A stretch of DNA of 64,000 nucleotides from an uncultured Holophagales bacterium (GCA_963842525.1 CAWJGT010000034.1:416001-480000); one strand, 5' to 3'. Shown: positions 29,427 to 42,251, counted from the first letter of the stretch. The notes: generated by a model from the sequence alone, not told the origin. Numbers and translations are program-made.

Positions 29427-31877
29427 ATGGAGATATTATTGGGAAGAAGGGGCGCAGCTTGCCTGGGGCTTGCGCTATGGTTCGCCGCTGTGGTACCGGC
29501 CGCCGGACAGCCGGAGGTCCTGCTGGAAAAGCTCACCAACGGCCAGGATGCGGATTCCCCGCCGGGGCCTGTCCTTCTCGTGGGAGCTCCGGTGACCTGG
29601 ACCTACGTGGTGACCAACTCCGGGAGCCGGGACCTGACAAACATCGTTGTCACGGACGATCAGGCGGTGTCCGTGAGCTGCCCCGCGACCACGCTTCCGG
29701 CGGGCGAATCGTTCACCTGCACGGCCAGCGGCGTCGCCCAGGCGGGCCAGTACGCCAACATCGGCACGGTCACGGCCAGTCTTCCCAACGGCATGCAGGT
29801 CTCCGACTCCGATCCCAGCCACTACTTCGGTCAGGACCAGGCCGCGGTTACGTTGGAGAAATCCACCAATGGCTTCGATGCCGATACCGCGCCGGGGCCG
29901 TCCCTGCCGGTCGGCGCCGCGGTGACCTGGGAATACGCCGTCACGAACACCGGCACCGATCCGCTGTCCAACATCACCGTCAGCGACGACCAGGGGGTGC
30001 CGGTGAGCTGCCCCGCGACGGATCTGGCTGCCGGCGCGCCCATGACCTGTACCGCCAGCGGCATTGTGCAGCCGGGCCAGTACGCGAACGTCGGCTCCGT
30101 CACGGCTGAGCTGCCCGGTGGCGCCCTGGTTGCCGCCTCCGATCCCAGCCACTACTACGGCCAGGTACTGCTGCTCGAAAAGGCGACCAACGGCCAGGAC
30201 GCCGATCTGCCGCCCGGCCCGACCCTCGATGCCGGCGCTGCCGTCGCCTGGACTTATGTCGTCACCAACCCGGGGCCGGCGGCGGTGACCGGGCTGTCGG
30301 TGACCGACGACCAGGGAGTGGCGGTGAGCTGCCCGGCCACCACCCTGGCGGCGGGGGAGTCGGTCACCTGTACCGGCAACGGCATTGCCCAGCCCGGCCA
30401 GTACACCAACGTCGGCACGGCGACCGCCCTCCTGCCTGCCGGCGGCACCGTCTCGGCCTCTGACCCCAGCCACTACGTCGGCCTGGTCGTCCGCCTGGAG
30501 AAGGCGACCAACGGCCAGGACGCCGACCTGCCGCCCGGCCCGGTCCTGGCCCCGGGCGCGCCGGTCGCCTGGACCTATGTGGTCACCAATCTTGGGGCGG
30601 ATGCGCTCACGGGTGTGAGTGTCACCGACGACCAGGGAGTGACGGTCACCTGCCCGGCGGCGACGCTGGCAGCCGCCGATTCGATGACCTGCACCGCCAC
30701 TGGCGTGGCAGGGCCGGGCCAGTACACCAATGTGGGGACGGTCACGGCTACCCATCCGGCCCTGGGAGCCGTTGCCGATTCAGACCCCAGCCACTACTTC
30801 GGTCAGGACCAGACCCTCGATTTCGGCGACGCGCCGGACCCGGCATATCCCACCCTCTTCGTTGCGGGCGGGGCGCGCCACCTCCTGGGCTCTGCCGTTT
30901 ATCTGGGCGCATGTGTGGACGCGGAGCTGGACGGTCAGCCGTCGGCCGGGTTGGACGGCGACGACACGGCCACCGGGACCTCGGCGTTCGGCATCTGCAC
31001 TGTGGCTGGCGACGACGAGGATGGCGTGGCCTTCACCTCGGCGCTGATTCAAGGCTCGACCGCGAGCGTCGACCTGACGGCCAATGCGGCCTGTACGCTG
31101 TCGGCCTGGATCGATTTCAACGGCGACGGCGATTGGGCCGACGCCGGTGAGAGCCTGTTCCCGGGCGGCATGGCCTTGGCGGCGGGCACCAACCCGCTGA
31201 GCTTCGCCGTGCCGGCCTCGGCCGTGCCGGGTACCACCGCAGCGCGTTTCCGCTGCACGACCGACGGCCAGGTGACGCTCGTCGGCGAGGCCTCCGATGG
31301 CGAGGTCGAGGACTACCCGGTCACGATCCTCTCCTCCCAGGCATCCGGCGTGGACGCCTCCAAGGCCGTGGCGCTGCTGGTCGATCAGAACGGAAACAGC
31401 GAGGCCAATCCGGGCGATACGCTGTCCTATACCGTGGTCCTCATCAACAACGGACCCGTGCCGGCCAACGGAGTCGTCTTCACCGATATGCCGGACCCCA
31501 ACACCGCCCTGGTCAACGGCTCGGTCACCACGACGGTCGGCACCGTGACCAGCGGCAACGGCCCGGGGGACTCGGCGGTCGGCGTTGCCGTTGGCACCCT
31601 CACCGCCAACGGCGGCACGGTGACGATCGCGTTTCAGGTGACGATCGATGATCCGCTGCCGGCGGGTGTGCAGCAGGTGGTCAACCAGGGGACCGCCTCT
31701 GGCAGCAACTTCGTCAGTGTTCCGACGGACGATCCGGCGCAGCCCGGGACTGCGGAACCGACGGCCATTGTCGTCGGTGCGCCGGCCGCTGAGATCCCGA
31801 CACTGAGCGAGTGGGGGCTGATGATGTTCCTGGCGCTGCTCGCCGGTCTCGGGGTCCGGAAGATCGTGATGGGGTAG
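29427..31877 (+). CDS. Surface protein: four Ig-like repeats, GEVED domain, DUF11-like domain, IPTL-CTERM sorting signal
   Basis: Signal peptide; four LEKxTNGxDAD...VxWxYxVTN...SDPSHYxG units; DFGDAP, WIDFNGDGDW, GEVEDY; PGDTLSYTV; C-terminal EIPTLSEWGLMMFLALLAGLGVRK. Confidence 0.88.
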   Translation: MEILLGRRGAACLGLALWFAAVVPAAGQPEVLLEKLTNGQDADSPPGPVLLVGAPVTWTYVVTNSGSRDLTNIVVTDDQAVSVSCPATTLPAGESFTCTASGVAQAGQYANIGTVTASLPNGMQVSDSDPSHYFGQDQAAVTLEKSTNGFDADTAPGPSLPVGAAVTWEYAVTNTGTDPLSNITVSDDQGVPVSCPATDLAAGAPMTCTASGIVQPGQYANVGSVTAELPGGALVAASDPSHYYGQVLLLEKATNGQDADLPPGPTLDAGAAVAWTYVVTNPGPAAVTGLSVTDDQGVAVSCPATTLAAGESVTCTGNGIAQPGQYTNVGTATALLPAGGTVSASDPSHYVGLVVRLEKATNGQDADLPPGPVLAPGAPVAWTYVVTNLGADALTGVSVTDDQGVTVTCPAATLAAADSMTCTATGVAGPGQYTNVGTVTATHPALGAVADSDPSHYFGQDQTLDFGDAPDPAYPTLFVAGGARHLLGSAVYLGACVDAELDGQPSAGLDGDDTATGTSAFGICTVAGDDEDGVAFTSALIQGSTASVDLTANAACTLSAWIDFNGDGDWADAGESLFPGGMALAAGTNPLSFAVPASAVPGTTAARFRCTTDGQVTLVGEASDGEVEDYPVTILSSQASGVDASKAVALLVDQNGNSEANPGDTLSYTVVLINNGPVPANGVVFTDMPDPNTALVNGSVTTTVGTVTSGNGPGDSAVGVAVGTLTANGGTVTIAFQVTIDDPLPAGVQQVVNQGTASGSNFVSVPTDDPAQPGTAEPTAIVVGAPAAEIPTLSEWGLMMFLALLAGLGVRKIVMG

Positions 31878-32161
31878 CCGCCCGCCCTTTGGAACGGTCA
31901 GTGGCCAGCGGCACCCGCCATCTGGCCCGCCATGCGGGCGAACGGCTCCGTCACTGCCTTCGTGCCAAAGGTCGCGTTCAATGAAGCTGTGGCTAAAACC
32001 TCTGAGCCTGCGGCAGTGATGGGGAGCCAGAGGCATGGGACGCGCAGCCTCCGCCACGGGCGGAGAGGTCCAGAGGCTCGTATGCTCGCAGCGGCATCCC
32101 TGTGCTAGCCTTTCCGTCAACGCTTCGTTGCCGGCGTCACTCCGTATCCAGGGAGGTCCCG

Positions 32162-34972
32162 ATGAGACAGACGTGCCGTTGCCTGCTGCTCGGTTTCCTG
32201 CTGCTCCCTCTGGCCACGGCTTCGTGGTCCCAGACGACGGGGGGCATCGTCGGCCGTGCCACCGACCCGGAGGGGGCGGTGCTGCCCGGGGTGACGGTCG
32301 AGGCGCGCGGGCCTTCGCTCCAGGGCTCCCGGGTGGTCACGACCGACGAGACCGGGACCTATCGCCTCACCCTGCTCCCCCCCGGCGAGTACACGGTGAG
32401 CTTCGCACTCGAAGGGTTTGCCGCCGACAACCGCGAGCAGGTGGCCGTGGGCCTCGACCGCGACACGGTGCTCAACCCGGTGCTGCGCCCGGCCATGGCC
32501 GAGGAGATCACCGTCACCGGGGAGGTGCCGGTGGTCGACACCACCGCGACCGCGCTCGGCGCGAACCTGGACCAGCGCACCATCGAGAGCCTGCCGACGG
32601 GGCGCAACTATTCGTCGGTCGTCCAGATCGCCCCGGGCGTCTCTTCCGATGCGCATCCGGAAAACACCTCGCAGGGGTCGATCACCGTGTACGGCTCGAC
32701 CGGCGCGGAGAACGTCTTCTATGTGGACGGGGTGAACACCACGGGCGTCGAATACGGCTTCCAGGGCAAGGAGCTGAACTTCGAGTTCATCCAGGCGATC
32801 GACGTCAAGACCGGCGGCTATGAGGCGGAGCTCGGACGCTCGACAGGCGGCATCATCAACGTCATCACCAAGTCGGGCGGCAACGAGCTCCATGGCGACG
32901 TCTTCGGCTACTACGACGCCGACGACCTGCAGAGCAGCGCCGACCCGGTGGTCTCGACCGGCGGCACGACCGCCGGCTTCACCCGTGAGGACTACGGGCT
33001 CGACCTGGGCGGCTATTTCGTGAAGGACAAGCTCTGGTTCTTCGCCGCCTACGACCGGGTGTCGAACTCGCTCGACAGCTCCCTGCCGGCCGGACCGCTC
33101 GAGGGGCAGATCGTCACGTCCGAGAGCGATCGCGACCTCGCGGCATTCAAGCTGACCTGGCTGCTGACGAGCAACCACTCGCTGGTCGGGACCTTTTTCC
33201 AGGACCCGCGGGATGACACGGGTGCGATCAACGACGCGCAGCACACCCTGAACGGCGAGCCCTCGACCTATGAGGGCGTGCGCAGCTTCGGCGGCAAGGA
33301 CTACGCCTTGCGCTACGACGGCCTCGCCGGCTCGGCCTGGGTGTTCTCGGCGCAGGCTGCCCAGCACCAGGAGGAGAACTCGGTCGCGCCGGCCACGGCG
33401 GAAGGCGACACGATCCAGTACAGGATCGTGGACAGCAATTTCTTCCAGACCGGCGGCTTCGGCCTGATCCAGGACAAGGCGTTCGACCGCGACTTCTACG
33501 GCGCCTCCGCGACCCGCTACCTGGGGTCGCACGAGGTCAAGGGCGGGCTCGAATACGAGACGGAGTCCGCGGACGTGGTCCGCCGCTATTCAGGCGGCCA
33601 GCAGGTGGACGTCTTCGCCAATCTGGTGAACCCGAGCCAGCCGATCTACCAGCACTTCTACTGGACCACGCCCACGGCCACGGTCGGCAATGCGCCGGTC
33701 TCGGCCCTGATCGCCGCGCCCGAGCACAAGGTCACCACGGTCTACCTCCAGGACCGCTGGTCGCTGCGGCCCAACCTGACGTTCAATTTCGGTGTGCGCT
33801 GGGACCGGCAGGAGATCTTCGACGCCTCGGGCGAGAAGCGGATCGACCTCAAGGACGACTATGCGCCGCGCCTCGGCTTCATCTGGGATCCCAAGGGGGA
33901 CGCGCGCTCGAAGGTCTTCGGGTCCTACGGCCGGTACTACGAGCAGCTCCCCATGGACCTGGTCATCCGCTCCTTCTCCTTTGAGCGGCAGACGCGCATC
34001 TTCAACTACAGCCCGACGAGCACGACTCCCGATCCGCAGGCCGAAGCGGACATCGACGACGAATCGACCATCTTCGGCGGCTTCACCGAGCCGGTGGATC
34101 CCAACCTCGAAAACCAGTTCATCAACGAATATCTGCTGGGGTATGAGCGCGAGGTGATGCCCGACATGGCACTGGGGGTCAAGGCGATCTATCGCGATTT
34201 TGGCCAGGTGATCGAGGACTTCCTCTGCGCCGACGACGGCACCTACTGCATCGGCAATCCGGGCGAGGGATTGATGAGCCGGGTTTTTACGCTCGACTAT
34301 GCCCAGACCTTCGAGGCTCCCAAGGCGAAGCGGGTCTTCAAGGGGGTGCAGGTCGATCTCCAGAAGCGGCGATCGAAGAATTGGCAGGGGCTCGCGTCCT
34401 ATCTCTACTCCAAGCTCGAAGGGAACTTCGACGGCCTGTACGCCCCGTTCACCAACATCGGGCCGGACCCGAACATCACGGCGGCCTACGACTACTTCGA
34501 CTTCTTCACCAACGGCAGCGACCTGTCGCGGATCACCAACACGGGGCCGCTGTCGAACGACCGGCGCCATCAATTCAAGCTGTCGGGGGTCTACTTCACC
34601 CCGTGGAAGCTGTCGGTCGGCGCCTCGGCTTACTGGCGCTCGGGCACGCCGGTCACCCGCTACGGCTATTCGGACATCTACGGCCGCTACGAGTTCTTCC
34701 TCTCCCGCCGCGGCGCCGAGGGGCGCACGCCGGACAACTACGAGGCGGACCTCCACCTCGGCTATCCGCTCGACGTAGGGCCGGCGTCGATCAACTTCCT
34801 GGTGGATGTTTTCAATATTCTGAACGCCCAGCGGGCGGTCCTGGTCGACCAGCGGTGGGGCTTCCAGGAGGCGGATAACGCCTTGCCCTCCCCCACAAAT
34901 CCAGGCTACAAGCAGCCGGTCCTGCGAACGCCGCCGACCTCGTTCCGGCTGGGGGTGCGCGTCAGCTTCTGA
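32162..34972 (+). CDS. TonB-dependent receptor (Oar-like, N-terminal carboxypeptidase-regulatory domain)
   Basis: RBS GGAGG; signal peptide; AVLPGVTVEA, GGYEAELGRSTGGIINVITKSG plug motif, YLQDRW, APRLGF, C-terminal LGVRVSF. Confidence 0.92.
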   Translation: MRQTCRCLLLGFLLLPLATASWSQTTGGIVGRATDPEGAVLPGVTVEARGPSLQGSRVVTTDETGTYRLTLLPPGEYTVSFALEGFAADNREQVAVGLDRDTVLNPVLRPAMAEEITVTGEVPVVDTTATALGANLDQRTIESLPTGRNYSSVVQIAPGVSSDAHPENTSQGSITVYGSTGAENVFYVDGVNTTGVEYGFQGKELNFEFIQAIDVKTGGYEAELGRSTGGIINVITKSGGNELHGDVFGYYDADDLQSSADPVVSTGGTTAGFTREDYGLDLGGYFVKDKLWFFAAYDRVSNSLDSSLPAGPLEGQIVTSESDRDLAAFKLTWLLTSNHSLVGTFFQDPRDDTGAINDAQHTLNGEPSTYEGVRSFGGKDYALRYDGLAGSAWVFSAQAAQHQEENSVAPATAEGDTIQYRIVDSNFFQTGGFGLIQDKAFDRDFYGASATRYLGSHEVKGGLEYETESADVVRRYSGGQQVDVFANLVNPSQPIYQHFYWTTPTATVGNAPVSALIAAPEHKVTTVYLQDRWSLRPNLTFNFGVRWDRQEIFDASGEKRIDLKDDYAPRLGFIWDPKGDARSKVFGSYGRYYEQLPMDLVIRSFSFERQTRIFNYSPTSTTPDPQAEADIDDESTIFGGFTEPVDPNLENQFINEYLLGYEREVMPDMALGVKAIYRDFGQVIEDFLCADDGTYCIGNPGEGLMSRVFTLDYAQTFEAPKAKRVFKGVQVDLQKRRSKNWQGLASYLYSKLEGNFDGLYAPFTNIGPDPNITAAYDYFDFFTNGSDLSRITNTGPLSNDRRHQFKLSGVYFTPWKLSVGASAYWRSGTPVTRYGYSDIYGRYEFFLSRRGAEGRTPDNYEADLHLGYPLDVGPASINFLVDVFNILNAQRAVLVDQRWGFQEADNALPSPTNPGYKQPVLRTPPTSFRLGVRVSF

Positions 34973-35026
34973 GAGCTTGACAATTTATAGATCTCCTGCT
35001 ATATAGGCCCGCACGAGCGGGCTCAC

Positions 35027-35301
35027 GCTGCTCCAGGAGGTGAGCGTCGGCACCATCTCGACGAGCACCTTCCATACGCTCGCCCTGGTCTTCGAGGGAA
35101 ACCGGATCTCGCTGGTCTACAACGGCTCGACGCTCGCGCAGGTCAACGACTCCACCGCCGGCCACCTCCTCGGCGGGATCGATCACGGGGATCACCTCGG
35201 GAGGAAACTCGGTGACCTACACGACCGAGACGATCAAGGGGGTCAGCTATGCGGTGTTTGCGGGTGCGGCGGGGACGTATTCGGTGACGTACGCGCCGTA
35301 G
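35027..35301 (+). pseudogene. Degraded fragment of a large secreted beta-rich protein
   Basis: FHTLALVFEGNRISLVYNG in one frame and VTYTTETIKGVSYAVFAGAAGTYSVTYAP* in another; overlaps the convergent EamA 3' end. Confidence 0.45.
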
Positions 35302-36182
35302 GGCGCACCGACACCGCCACGCCCACGATGACCAGGGCCGCGCCCATCATCACCCGGAGGGTGATGGGCTCGTCCATGAAGACGCTGCCGACGATCACGG
35401 CGACGACCGGGACGGCGTAGTTGATCAGCGAGAGCCCGGTCGCCGTGTGGCGCTTGAGGAGCCAGAAGTAGACGGTGAAAGGAAAGGCGGAGCCGACCAG
35501 GCCGAGGTAGAACAGGGCGAGCGACCGGCCGCGGGGAGAAAGTCACCTCGCGGCCGGCTTCGGCGACCCGGGAGATCGGTCCCAGGGCCAGGGCGCAGAG
35601 GCCCATGGGCACCGCCGCGGTCGAGAGCGGGTGGATCCCCGCGCCCCACTTCTTGACCGACACGCTGCCGATCGCCGAGAAGACCGGGCAGAGCAGCAAC
35701 ACCGACGCCGCGAAAGCCACCTTCGGGCCGAGCAGCGCCCGGAAATCCTCCGAGAAGATCACCGCCACCCCTGCGAAGCCGATCAGCACGCCGACGGCGC
35801 CGCGCCGCGTGAGCTGCTCGCCGGGCAGCGCAAAGTGAGCGATCACGGCCACGATCAACGGGAACGTCGCGAAGAGGACCGCGGCGAGCCCCGAGGGCAC
35901 CCACTGCTCCGCCCAGTAGAGGAGGCTGTAGGAAAGGCAAAAGGTGAAGAGGCCGTTGGTGATCCAGACCGCCCACTCGCGCCGGCTGTTCCCCAGGCGG
36001 ACCTTGAAGACCGGAAAGAGGGCGAGCAGGGCCGCCGCGGCGATGCCGAAGCGCAGGGCCACGCCGGTCAGCGGCGGGATGCCTTCGAGGCTGATCCGGA
36101 TGGCCGCCCAGGTGGTCCCCCAGATGAGGACCAGGATGGCCAGAGCGGCCCAGGTCCTCCACTTCTGCCCCTCGGCCGTCAC
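35243..36182 (-). CDS. EamA/DMT family transporter; frameshift near 35530
   Basis: IWGTTW, PPLTGVALRF, VPSGLAAVL; second frame supplies YLGLVGSAFPFTVYFWLL...PVVAVIVG...EPIT. Confidence 0.85.
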
Positions 36183-36188
36183 ATTGTC

Positions 36189-37517
36189 CTACGGATAGAT
36201 CTTGTACAGCATCCGCGGATAGGGAATGGTCTCGCGCAGGTGCGACAGGCCGCACATCCAGGCGACGAAGCGCTCGATGCCCATGCCGAAGCCGCTGTGC
36301 GGGAAGGCGCCGTACTTGCGGAGGTCCAGGTACCACTGGAACGCCTCGACCGGCAGGTTGTGCTGGTGGATGCGCTCCAGCAGCAGGTCGTGGTCGTGGA
36401 TCCTCTGGCTGCCGCCGATGATCTCGCCATAGCCCTCCGGCGCGATCAGGTCGACGCCGAGGACGAGCTTCGGGTCTTCCGGATCGGGTTGCATGTAGAA
36501 CGCCTTGAAGGCGGCCGGGAAGCGCGTGACCATCACCGGCCGGTTGAACTGGCTGGCGAGGATCGTCTCCTCGTCGCCGCCGAAGTCGTCGCCCCACTGG
36601 ATGGGGTTGCCTTCGCGGTTGAGGATCTCGACCGCCTGCGTGTAGGTGATGCGCGGGAACCCGGGCTGCACCTGCTCCAGCTTCGTGGTGTCGCGCTCCA
36701 GGATCTTGAGCTCTTCCTTGCAGCGCTCGAGGACCCGGCCGGTCAGGTAGACCACGAGCTCCTCGGTCAGGTCGCAGAGGCCCTCGAACTCCAGGAAGGC
36801 CACCTCGGGCTCCACCATCCAGAACTCCATGAGGTGGCGGCGGGTCTTGGACTTCTCGGCGCGGAAGGTCGGGCCGAAGCAGTAGACCTTGCCCAGGGCC
36901 GCGGCGGCAGGTTCCAGGTAGAGCTGGCCGGACTGGCTGAGGTACGCCTTGTCGCCGAAATAGTCGGTCTCGAAGAGGGTCGAGGTCCCCTCGCAGGCCG
37001 CGGGGGTGAGGATCGGCGAGTCGATCAACGTGAAGTCGCGGTCGTAGAAGAAATCGCGGATCGCCTGCTCCACCTCGTTGCGCACCCGGAGGGCGGCGCG
37101 CTGGCGGCTGGAGCGCAGCCACAGGTGGCGGTGCTCCATCAGGAACGCGGTGCCATGCTCTTTCGGCGTGATCGGGAAGTTCTCGGTCAGGTAGAGGATC
37201 TGGAAGCTCGCGAGCTGGACCTCGACGCCGATCGGCGACCGCTTGTCCTCCTTGACCCGGCCGGTGACCCTGACGGTCGACTCCTGGGTGGCACGCTCGA
37301 TCTCGGCCCAGGACTCGGGCGAGACGTCGTTACGGCCGGCGACGCCCTGGACGGTGCTGCCGCCGATGCGGATCTGCAGGAACGCGATCTTGCCGCTGGA
37401 GCGCTTGTTGTCCACCCAGCCGTTGAGGAGGACCTCCTCGCCGATGTGGCGTTTCAGGGCGCGGACGGAATCGACGTGGACAGGCGCGGTCGTGGTTGTT
37501 GAGATGGGCTCGCTCAT
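36189..37517 (-). CDS. asnS: Asparagine--tRNA ligase
   Basis: [77 protein letters not shown]. Confidence 0.96.
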   Translation of the reverse strand: MSEPISTTTTAPVHVDSVRALKRHIGEEVLLNGWVDNKRSSGKIAFLQIRIGGSTVQGVAGRNDVSPESWAEIERATQESTVRVTGRVKEDKRSPIGVEVQLASFQILYLTENFPITPKEHGTAFLMEHRHLWLRSSRQRAALRVRNEVEQAIRDFFYDRDFTLIDSPILTPAACEGTSTLFETDYFGDKAYLSQSGQLYLEPAAAALGKVYCFGPTFRAEKSKTRRHLMEFWMVEPEVAFLEFEGLCDLTEELVVYLTGRVLERCKEELKILERDTTKLEQVQPGFPRITYTQAVEILNREGNPIQWGDDFGGDEETILASQFNRPVMVTRFPAAFKAFYMQPDPEDPKLVLGVDLIAPEGYGEIIGGSQRIHDHDLLLERIHQHNLPVEAFQWYLDLRKYGAFPHSGFGMGIERFVAWMCGLSHLRETIPYPRMLYKIYP

Positions 37518-37548
37518 AGGAGGCGGGATTCTAGCATTTGATCCCGAT

Positions 37549-37583
37549 CCCCTCACCCCGACCCTCTCCCCAGGGAGAGGGAG
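37549..37583. repeat. REP-like palindromic element
   Basis: CCCCTCACCCCGACCCTCTCCCCAGGGAGAGGGAG hairpin between rnc and asnS; related to the arms at 43073-43323. Confidence 0.7.
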
Positions 37584-37594
37584 CCACGCACGCC

Positions 37595-38308
37595 CTACGG
37601 CGTCGATTGGCTGGAGACGCGCGCCAGGGCCTCGGCGGCGGCCTTCTGCTCCGCGGACTTCTTGCTGGGCCCCTCGCCGCAGCCGGCGAGCTCGCCCGCG
37701 ATCCAGCACTCGATGGTGAAGACCTTGCTGTGGTCGGGGCCGGCCTCGCGGGTGAGCCGGTAGTCGGGCAGGTCCCAGCCCAGAGCCTGGGTGACCTCCT
37801 GAAGCTGCGTCTTGGCGTCCGCGGCGAGAAGCTGGGCCAACTGGGCCGGCGCTTCGCCCGCGTCCTCCAGCATCGGCAGGATGACCTGCCGGGCCGCGTC
37901 GAGGCCGGCGTCGAGGAAGACCGCTCCGAAGACGGCCTCCAGGGCGGCTTCGAGAATGGAGGCCTTGTTCCGCCCGCCCGACCGGTCCTCCCCCACTCCG
38001 ATCCGCAGCTCCTGTCCGAGCCCGATCTGTTGGGCGTAGCGCGCCAGAGATGGCCGGCTGACGAGTTGGGCCTTGCGCTTGGCAAGCTCGCCCTCGGGCA
38101 GCTCGGGGTTGTTGTGGTACAGCCATTCGGCGGTGACCAGGCCGAGCACCGCGTCGCCGAGAAGCTCCAGCCGCTCGTAGTTCTCCGGCATCCCCTGCTC
38201 ATTGGCCCACGAGCGATGCGTGAGCGCCAGCTCCAGCAGATCCTGCCGCTTGAACCGGTGCCCGATGCGGGTCTCCAGGGCGGTGGCGGGGCGGCGACCG
38301 AAGAGCAT
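37595..38308 (-). CDS. rnc: Ribonuclease III
   Basis: [33 protein letters not shown], dsRBD (DAKTQLQE...GPDHSKVF...[10 protein letters not shown]). Confidence 0.95.
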   Translation of the reverse strand: MLFGRRPATALETRIGHRFKRQDLLELALTHRSWANEQGMPENYERLELLGDAVLGLVTAEWLYHNNPELPEGELAKRKAQLVSRPSLARYAQQIGLGQELRIGVGEDRSGGRNKASILEAALEAVFGAVFLDAGLDAARQVILPMLEDAGEAPAQLAQLLAADAKTQLQEVTQALGWDLPDYRLTREAGPDHSKVFTIECWIAGELAGCGEGPSKKSAEQKAAAEALARVSSQSTP

Positions 38309-38321
38309 GAGAGGAATGGTA

Positions 38322-38726
38322 TCAGCCGGAGGCAAAGTCCCTGGGGTGGACGGCAGGAGGCGTGAACTCCGTCAAGATATCGCGATCGGTTGTGACCAGC
38401 GGAAGATCCAGTTGACGGGCCAAGGCGACGAACTCGCAGTCATAGGCCGAGCACTGCGAGCTCGAAGCCAACCCGAGGATCTGGGACGACTCGACATGGA
38501 ACTCGCCACCGCGGAGCAGATCCTCCGCTTCGCGGACGAGCTGCAACGCCTCACCGAGCGAGAGCAGCCTCCTGCGCATGTAGGTCGCCAGCACATTCCG
38601 GAACTCGCTCCGCCAGAGGAGCGGAGCGACCCAGGCCGGGTCCTTCCGCAACACGGCACGGGCAGGTGCACTGTGCTCTCCCTGGATCAGAAGGTAGGCG
38701 ATCAAGTTGGTGTCAACGACGATCAC
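38322..38726 (-). CDS. vapC: PIN-domain toxin (VapC family)
   Basis: IVVDTN, SEFRNVL, SAYDCEFVALA, LVTTD; start overlaps the antitoxin stop. Confidence 0.88.
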   Translation of the reverse strand: MIVVDTNLIAYLLIQGEHSAPARAVLRKDPAWVAPLLWRSEFRNVLATYMRRRLLSLGEALQLVREAEDLLRGGEFHVESSQILGLASSSQCSAYDCEFVALARQLDLPLVTTDRDILTEFTPPAVHPRDFASG

Positions 38727-38965
38727 GGCCGCCCTTCCGCCTTGGCCTTCTTCAGGATCTCGTCGGTCAGAGGTGGAAGCGAGATCCGCTTCTGAAGGGA
38801 GTCGATGCGTGCGAGGAATGCCTCGGGGTCAATGCGCCGGCTCTGGAGGGAGCGCTCCAGGCAGACGATCACCTCGCTGTTTATGCTGCGGTGGTTCTCC
38901 GTCGCGCTCTCCTTGAGGCGCTCGTAGAGAGGCTCGGGGATTGCTTTGATCGTCAGCGTCGGCAT
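38723..38965 (-). CDS. Arc/FitA-like ribbon-helix-helix antitoxin
   Basis: MPTLTIKAIPEPLYERLKESATENHRSINSEVI; RBS GGAGGAGG. Confidence 0.85.
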   Translation of the reverse strand: MPTLTIKAIPEPLYERLKESATENHRSINSEVIVCLERSLQSRRIDPEAFLARIDSLQKRISLPPLTDEILKKAKAEGRP

Positions 38966-39035
38966 GTGAGCCTCCTCCCAAGGTTCCATCCTGGAACCAT
39001 CCTGGAATCCATTTTACCTCAGCAGCTCCGGGCGT

Positions 39036-40856
<1,821 letters not shown>

Positions 40857-40935
40857 CCACGGGATTGTACAGGGGGAAGAAGTCGCGCAGGGGCGGATAT
40901 GTTCGCTGTATACTTTCCTCCGACTGGAGCTGATC

Positions 40936-41169
40936 ATGACGACGAAGCTGACCCTGGACGTGGAAGACAACCTCATCCGCTTCGGAGAAGAGTGGGCCCG
41001 GAATCGTGGGAAGTCTCTTTCGAGCCTTTTTGCCGATTACCTGAGCACCCTGGAGAAGTTCACCCTCGATGAGCAGGAGCTTCCCCCCATCACTCGCCGG
41101 TTGCTCGGGGTCGCCAGCGGAGTTGATGAGGAGGACTACCGACGCTATCTTGAAGAGAAGCATCGTTGA
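40936..41169 (+). CDS. Antitoxin (DUF6364-like)
   Basis: MTTKLTLDVE...GKSLSSLF...LPPITRRLLG...YLEEKH; overlaps the downstream PIN gene. Confidence 0.8.
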   Translation: MTTKLTLDVEDNLIRFGEEWARNRGKSLSSLFADYLSTLEKFTLDEQELPPITRRLLGVASGVDEEDYRRYLEEKHR

Positions 41170-41594
41170 GAATCCTGTTCGACACTAACGTGGTGCTCGA
41201 TGTAGTGCTCAAGCGGCAACCTTTCTTGGCTCCAGCGGCCCGGCTTGCGGGCAGGGTCGAGCGGAAGGAGTTGGAGGGGGTCCTCGGAGCCACGACCCTG
41301 ACAACTATCTTTTATCTCGTCGAAAAAGCCATGGGCACGAACGTGGCCCGTGAGACAGTCCGCGATCTTCTGGCACTCTTTCAGATAGCAAAAGTAGACC
41401 AACAGGTGCTTGAGAGCGCTGTTGCATCACCCCTGGAGGATTTTGAGGATGCGGTTCTCCTCGAGGCAGGGCGTACGGTCGGGGTCGATGTCCTCGTCAC
41501 CCGCAATGCCGACGACTTTCGCGAGGCGACACTGCTTGTGCTATCGCCCGAAGAGTTGGAGGCCTCGTTGACAGTCCTGGAAAACAAGGCCTGA
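41166..41594 (+). CDS. PIN-domain toxin
   Basis: ILFDTNVVLD, DFEDAV, LVTRNADDF, SPEE. Confidence 0.87.
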   Translation: MRILFDTNVVLDVVLKRQPFLAPAARLAGRVERKELEGVLGATTLTTIFYLVEKAMGTNVARETVRDLLALFQIAKVDQQVLESAVASPLEDFEDAVLLEAGRTVGVDVLVTRNADDFREATLLVLSPEELEASLTVLENKA

Positions 41595-41609
41595 TATCGC
41601 CCCCGTAGC

Positions 41610-42206
41610 CTACCGCCCCGGCTCCTCCCCCCGCCCGAGCCGGATCTGATTGTGGACATCCGACACACCGCGGACGCTGTCGGCGACCGCTTCGGCCAGG
41701 CGCTTGGTCCGGCGGTCCGGGACCGTGCCGGTGAGGGTCACCTCGCAGCCCTCGACCTTGACCTCGATATCTCTCGCATCGATCTGGCCGTGCGCCTCCA
41801 GACGGTCGCAGATCTCCTCGCAGATCCGCTCGTCGGACCGCTTGTAGCCGCGTGGGCCGCGGCCGCGGTGCGGCCCTTCGATATCCCAGGTGAAGGACTC
41901 GACCTCGCCATAGGTGCTGGTGCGCTGATAGTCGTACAGACCTCCCCGGCCCATTCGGGGACGGGAGTCGCGCTCCCCGCCGCCGCGGATATGGACCGCC
42001 GCCTCCTCTGGAGACAGCTCCGGGGCTCCCTGGAGATCTCCCCCTTCGGGTCCGTACTCGTAGCTCCGCTCCCAGTGCTGGTGGCGCTCCGGGTAGTAGG
42101 GACCGGCGTCGTAGCTCCGGTACGCCCTCCCGTAGTTGCCACCGGGGCCGCGGCGCCCGTGATAGATGTCCTGACTGTAGCCGTAGCTCCGCTCTGAATC
42201 GTCCAT
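41610..42206 (-). CDS. BON-domain protein with a low-complexity R/G/Y-rich N-terminus
   Basis: RBS AGGAGG; GRGPRGYKRSDERICEE, IEVKVEGCEVTLTGTV, GVSDVHNQIR. Confidence 0.88.
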   Translation of the reverse strand: MDDSERSYGYSQDIYHGRRGPGGNYGRAYRSYDAGPYYPERHQHWERSYEYGPEGGDLQGAPELSPEEAAVHIRGGGERDSRPRMGRGGLYDYQRTSTYGEVESFTWDIEGPHRGRGPRGYKRSDERICEEICDRLEAHGQIDARDIEVKVEGCEVTLTGTVPDRRTKRLAEAVADSVRGVSDVHNQIRLGRGEEPGR

Positions 42207-42232
42207 CGATCCACCTCCTGGATCGAATGATT

Positions 42233-42248
42233 TGCAAACAGCGGGCCG
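42233..42248 (-). promoter_or_regulatory. Candidate sigma54 promoter of the BON gene
   Basis: Minus strand cGGCCCGCTGTTTGCa, GG-N10-GC. Confidence 0.6.
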
Positions 42249-42251
42249 ACG

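Noticed and set aside
32031-32106. sigma54 sites upstream of the TonB-dependent receptor
   Set aside because: One candidate lacks TT before GC and the other has 9-bp spacing; too weak in high-GC DNA.
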